A DNA stretch of 40,000 nt from an uncultured Acidobacteriota bacterium (GTDB lineage: Bacteria > Acidobacteriota > Terriglobia > Acidiferrales > UBA7541): the NCBI GenBank assembly GCA_963740015.1, contig CAVUCM010000021.1, forward strand, positions 1 through 40,000, read 5' to 3'. Below the pieces are notes generated by a model. The model was given only the letters and a program-made list of their open reading frames with translations. It was not told the DNA's origin and made no database searches. A program made the position numbers and the translations under genes. This document shows, one piece after another, positions 37,291 through 40,000 of the stretch (its first letter is position 1; each line of letters opens with the position of its first letter).

Positions 37291-37330
37291 CGCAAAAACA
37301 CAAAGGCCCCGGCGCAATCTCCGGGGCCTT
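37291..37330 (-). terminator. Rho-independent terminator of the SYLF gene
   Basis: AAGGCCCCGG (37303-37312) and CCGGGGCCTT (37321-37330) form a 10-bp perfect stem with an 8-nt loop. On the minus strand TTGTGTTTTTG follows. Confidence 0.65.
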
Positions 37331-37355
37331 CGCGCTTCCTTACTGATTGTCCAGC

Positions 37356-38075
37356 CTATTCCTTCAAGGAGTTCGGATCGGACATGTTCTTGGGAGTCTT
37401 CAGGTTGAGAGTGCTGACCAATTTTTGGGCCGGCGGCGGCACCGCCACTGCGCCCTTGAAAATAATATCCTCCGCCGTCAACTTTTTTCCGTAAACGCGC
37501 TCGTTGGCATCATTGTCAGGACGAACCGTCGAGCCCTCAAGAGAGATGCCGGCAAATAGCCCGCGCGAACGCGAATAGCTGAGTACCTCAGCTCGCAACG
37601 TCACATCCGATTCGGCGCTCGCTGTTCGGCCCTTTGGCCCCGCGGCCACCGAAGCGTCCCCACCGAGCTTCACTTTGCTCTTGATCATGGAGTGAGCTCC
37701 CCGCGGATTCATCACTAGCAGAACGAAATCGGTGGCTTGTCCGCCGATTTGCAACCCCACGCTGCCGCCTTCCAATGCCATCATCGTCGGTGCGCTCCAT
37801 GGTCCGGTGAAGTGTTCGCCCGTGCGGCAAGTCATCGCGCCGCGGCCATAGCTGCCTCCGACAACGAAGGCGCCCTTTAAGACCGAGGGATAAATAACGA
37901 CGCACTCGGCTTTGTCGATGAGATCCTGAGGAATGTCATCGGGGATATCCATAATTTCCTTCATAACGGTGCCGCAATTTTCAAGTCTATCCGCTTCCTT
38001 TTTGTCTGCCTGAGAGAGCAGTGGCGGAGCAATCATCGCCAGTGCCATAAGGCAGGAACTAATCCTCTTAATCAA
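37356..38075 (-). CDS. SYLF (Ysc84/DUF500) lipid-binding domain protein, exported
   Basis: VVIYPSVLKGAFVVGGSYGRGAMTCR...LEGGSVGLQIGGQATDFVLLVMN...KLGGDASVAAGPKGR...YSRSRGLFAGISLEGS. TTG start with GAGGTG upstream. Confidence 0.75.
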   Translation of the reverse strand: MIKRISSCLMALAMIAPPLLSQADKKEADRLENCGTVMKEIMDIPDDIPQDLIDKAECVVIYPSVLKGAFVVGGSYGRGAMTCRTGEHFTGPWSAPTMMALEGGSVGLQIGGQATDFVLLVMNPRGAHSMIKSKVKLGGDASVAAGPKGRTASAESDVTLRAEVLSYSRSRGLFAGISLEGSTVRPDNDANERVYGKKLTAEDIIFKGAVAVPPPAQKLVSTLNLKTPKNMSDPNSLKE

Positions 38076-38273
38076 ATTTCACCTCGTTGAAATCTATTTG
38101 TCCGGATAAGGAATGATAGGTTGTCCGGAGCCTGTACGCAACCGCCAGCTTATCAGGACAGTTTATGTGGGCCTGTTTCATTCGATACATCTGAGTAGAT
38201 GCGAAGCACGGAACAAATGTTGTGCGGGCTTTCGACTATACTTTCACCTGCGGAGATTAAGGGCAAAGAAGAC

Positions 38274-39911
38274 ATGCACTCACGAAGATCGTGCGCATCG
38301 CCGGCTGTTGCATTGGCACTGACAGTGGCCCTCTACGTTTTGGCCGCAACTAGCAGCCGCGCGCAGTCCAATCAGACTCTGGAAAAAGCTTGCTGCGCGG
38401 CGAAGGACGACGGGAACCGGAAAGAGCTCTCTACCAAGCGGACTGCCGCCGCGGCTCGGTTTGACACGCGTGCCGAGACGCTGCTCGGAGCTTCGCCTTC
38501 CAGCAAAGGCGATTGGGGACTCCTGATCGTTGATGCGCAAACGGGAGAAACGCTCTTCACGAAAAACTCTGACGGCTATTTTGTGCCCGCTTCAAACATG
38601 AAGCTTTTTACCACAGCGCTGGCGCTGGCCAAGCTGGGGCCGGACTACAAGTTTCACACTACGCTTGAAACACGCGGCACGATTTCACCGGACGGCAAGC
38701 TTTCCGGTGACGTGGTGCTTGTCGGTCGCGGTGATCCGAATCTCTCCAACCGCAAATTTCCTTATGAACTAAAGGAAGAGTTTGACGGGCAGCCGGAAAG
38801 AGCCCTGGCCGAGCTTGCGGATGCGCTAGTAGCGCGCGGCGTGAAAGAAATTTCCGGCGATGTGATCGGCGACGACAGTTACTTTCCCCGTGAGCGTTAC
38901 CCGGACGGCTGGGAAATCGACGACATGGTCTGGGAATACGGCGCTGCGATTTCTGCGATCGTTGTAGATGACAACACAGTGGCGGTAACGTTGACGCCGG
39001 GCGAGAGACCGGGAGACCCAGTGCAGGCGGTGGTCGCGCCGCTGACTCCGGACTTTGCATTGCAGAACGATGTGACGACATCGATGCCAGGGCTGAAATC
39101 GGATTTGACGCTGACGCGCGAACCGGGCGCGAACCTCGTGGCAGTGCGTGGCACGCTGCCGGCAAAGAGCACGCCGCGCAAACTGGTGCTGGCGATTGAA
39201 GAGCCTGCGCAACACGCGGCGTCGTTGCTCGCGGCATTTCTAGCGGAGCGTGGTTTGAAGATCGATGGGAAAATCCGCGCGGTTCATATTCCCGAAGCGG
39301 ATGTGACGCCGCGCACTATCCTCGCGGAACATGTGTCCGTGCCGCTGGGAGATTCCGTGAAGCTCGTCAACAAAATCAGCCAGAACTTGCATACGGAGAT
39401 ATTGCTGCGAACCGCGGCGCGACAAAATGGTTTGTGGAGCACTTCCGAAGAAATGCTGAAAACTCCTCAGGGTTTTTATGCCACCGTGGGAATTGCGCCC
39501 GACGACGTAATTCAAACGGATGGCTCAGGTCTCTCGCGCCACGACCTGGTTACGCCGCGAGCGATCGTAACGTTGCTGAAGTATGCGCAAGGCCAGACGT
39601 GGTTCGCTCCCTACTATGCGTCGCTGCCAGTCGCAGGCATCGATGGCTCGCTGCAAGAACGCATGAAGGGCACAGTCGCCGCCGGAAGAATTCATGCGAA
39701 GACGGGCTCAGTGGAACATGTGCGGACGCTTTCCGGTTTTGCGGAAACGCCGAGTGGGCGCCGTCTGATCTTTTCGTTCCTTAGCAACAATCAGGGTGGA
39801 AAAGGTCACGAAGCTGTCGAAGCACTGAACGGACTGTGTGTTGCGATGATTGAAGAATTTGACGAGGCGGGAGTTGCGACTACGCCGCAGCATGCCCCTG
39901 CGAAACAGTAA
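38274..39911 (+). CDS. dacB: D-alanyl-D-alanine carboxypeptidase/endopeptidase, PBP4 family (S13)
   Basis: SxxK is ASNMKLFT, SxN is SQNLH and KTG is AKTGSVEHV. The signal peptide follows ATG 38274. The track ORF begins at 38199. Confidence 0.85.
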   Translation: MHSRRSCASPAVALALTVALYVLAATSSRAQSNQTLEKACCAAKDDGNRKELSTKRTAAAARFDTRAETLLGASPSSKGDWGLLIVDAQTGETLFTKNSDGYFVPASNMKLFTTALALAKLGPDYKFHTTLETRGTISPDGKLSGDVVLVGRGDPNLSNRKFPYELKEEFDGQPERALAELADALVARGVKEISGDVIGDDSYFPRERYPDGWEIDDMVWEYGAAISAIVVDDNTVAVTLTPGERPGDPVQAVVAPLTPDFALQNDVTTSMPGLKSDLTLTREPGANLVAVRGTLPAKSTPRKLVLAIEEPAQHAASLLAAFLAERGLKIDGKIRAVHIPEADVTPRTILAEHVSVPLGDSVKLVNKISQNLHTEILLRTAARQNGLWSTSEEMLKTPQGFYATVGIAPDDVIQTDGSGLSRHDLVTPRAIVTLLKYAQGQTWFAPYYASLPVAGIDGSLQERMKGTVAAGRIHAKTGSVEHVRTLSGFAETPSGRRLIFSFLSNNQGGKGHEAVEALNGLCVAMIEEFDEAGVATTPQHAPAKQ

Positions 39912-39951
39912 GGGAGCTCTGTAGAGAATATTGAAATAGCAAAAAAGGAAA

Positions 39952-40000
39952 ATGTCGCGGACAGCACAAGACGTACTCGAATTTGACAAGCTGCGGGAGC
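39952..40000 (+). CDS. 5' end of a CDS running off the window (MutS2-like N-terminus?)
   Basis: AAGGAAA precedes the ATG. MSRTAQDVLEFDKLRE resembles the usual MutS2 N-terminal LEFxKl pattern. Only 16 codons are visible. Confidence 0.3.
   Translation, partial: MSRTAQDVLEFDKLRE

Noticed and set aside
1-40000. CRISPR array or cas2 to accompany cas1
   Set aside because: I saw no series of 25-40 bp direct repeats with unique spacers on either strand. No small ORF near cas1 has a Cas2-like N-terminus. An array outside the window cannot be excluded.

Overview
The window splits into two parts. Positions ~11.75-40 kb are ordinary, mostly high-GC chromosomal genes. Gene content suggests a soil Gram-negative bacterium, possibly Acidobacteriota, but that is inference only. 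Genes there: ruvA-ruvB, beta-carbonic anhydrase, folK, a REC-PAS-GGDEF cyclase plus a GAF protein, a Crp/Fnr regulator, two DPP-IV (S9B) peptidase paralogs, an MliC/YbaY-like lipoprotein, a TolB-like propeller protein, a radical-SAM SplB-like enzyme, an NmrA-like reductase, an M28 membrane peptidase, a tetR-hlyD-ABC operon (ybhGFSR-like), a SYLF/Ysc84 protein, PBP4/DacB, and the first 16 codons of a possible mutS2. Positions 1 to ~11.7 kb are accessory DNA with two modules. Module A (1 to ~6.7 kb) holds a Cas1 with intact catalytic residues and a ~150-aa C-terminal extension. It has no cas2 and no CRISPR array anywhere in the window. It sits opposite an operon (HTH protein, small ORF) ending in a family-B DNA polymerase. 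That pairing is the casposon signature. The polymerase keeps every catalytic motif but can only be read through four +1 frameshifts. An unknown 337-aa ORF lies directly upstream of cas1, and the divergent control region carries three iteron-like repeats. Module B (~6.7-11.5 kb) has the lowest GC by hand counts. It is a co-oriented gene string: an 849-aa HD + GHKL/Hsp90-like ATPase, a 341-aa stand-alone RelA/SpoT-family pyrophosphokinase (toxSAS/CapRel-like), and an exported SH3b-like protein. I rate this a candidate nucleotide-based conflict/defence system. No integrase, tRNA, TIR or TSD could be identified. The left end of the element runs off the window.
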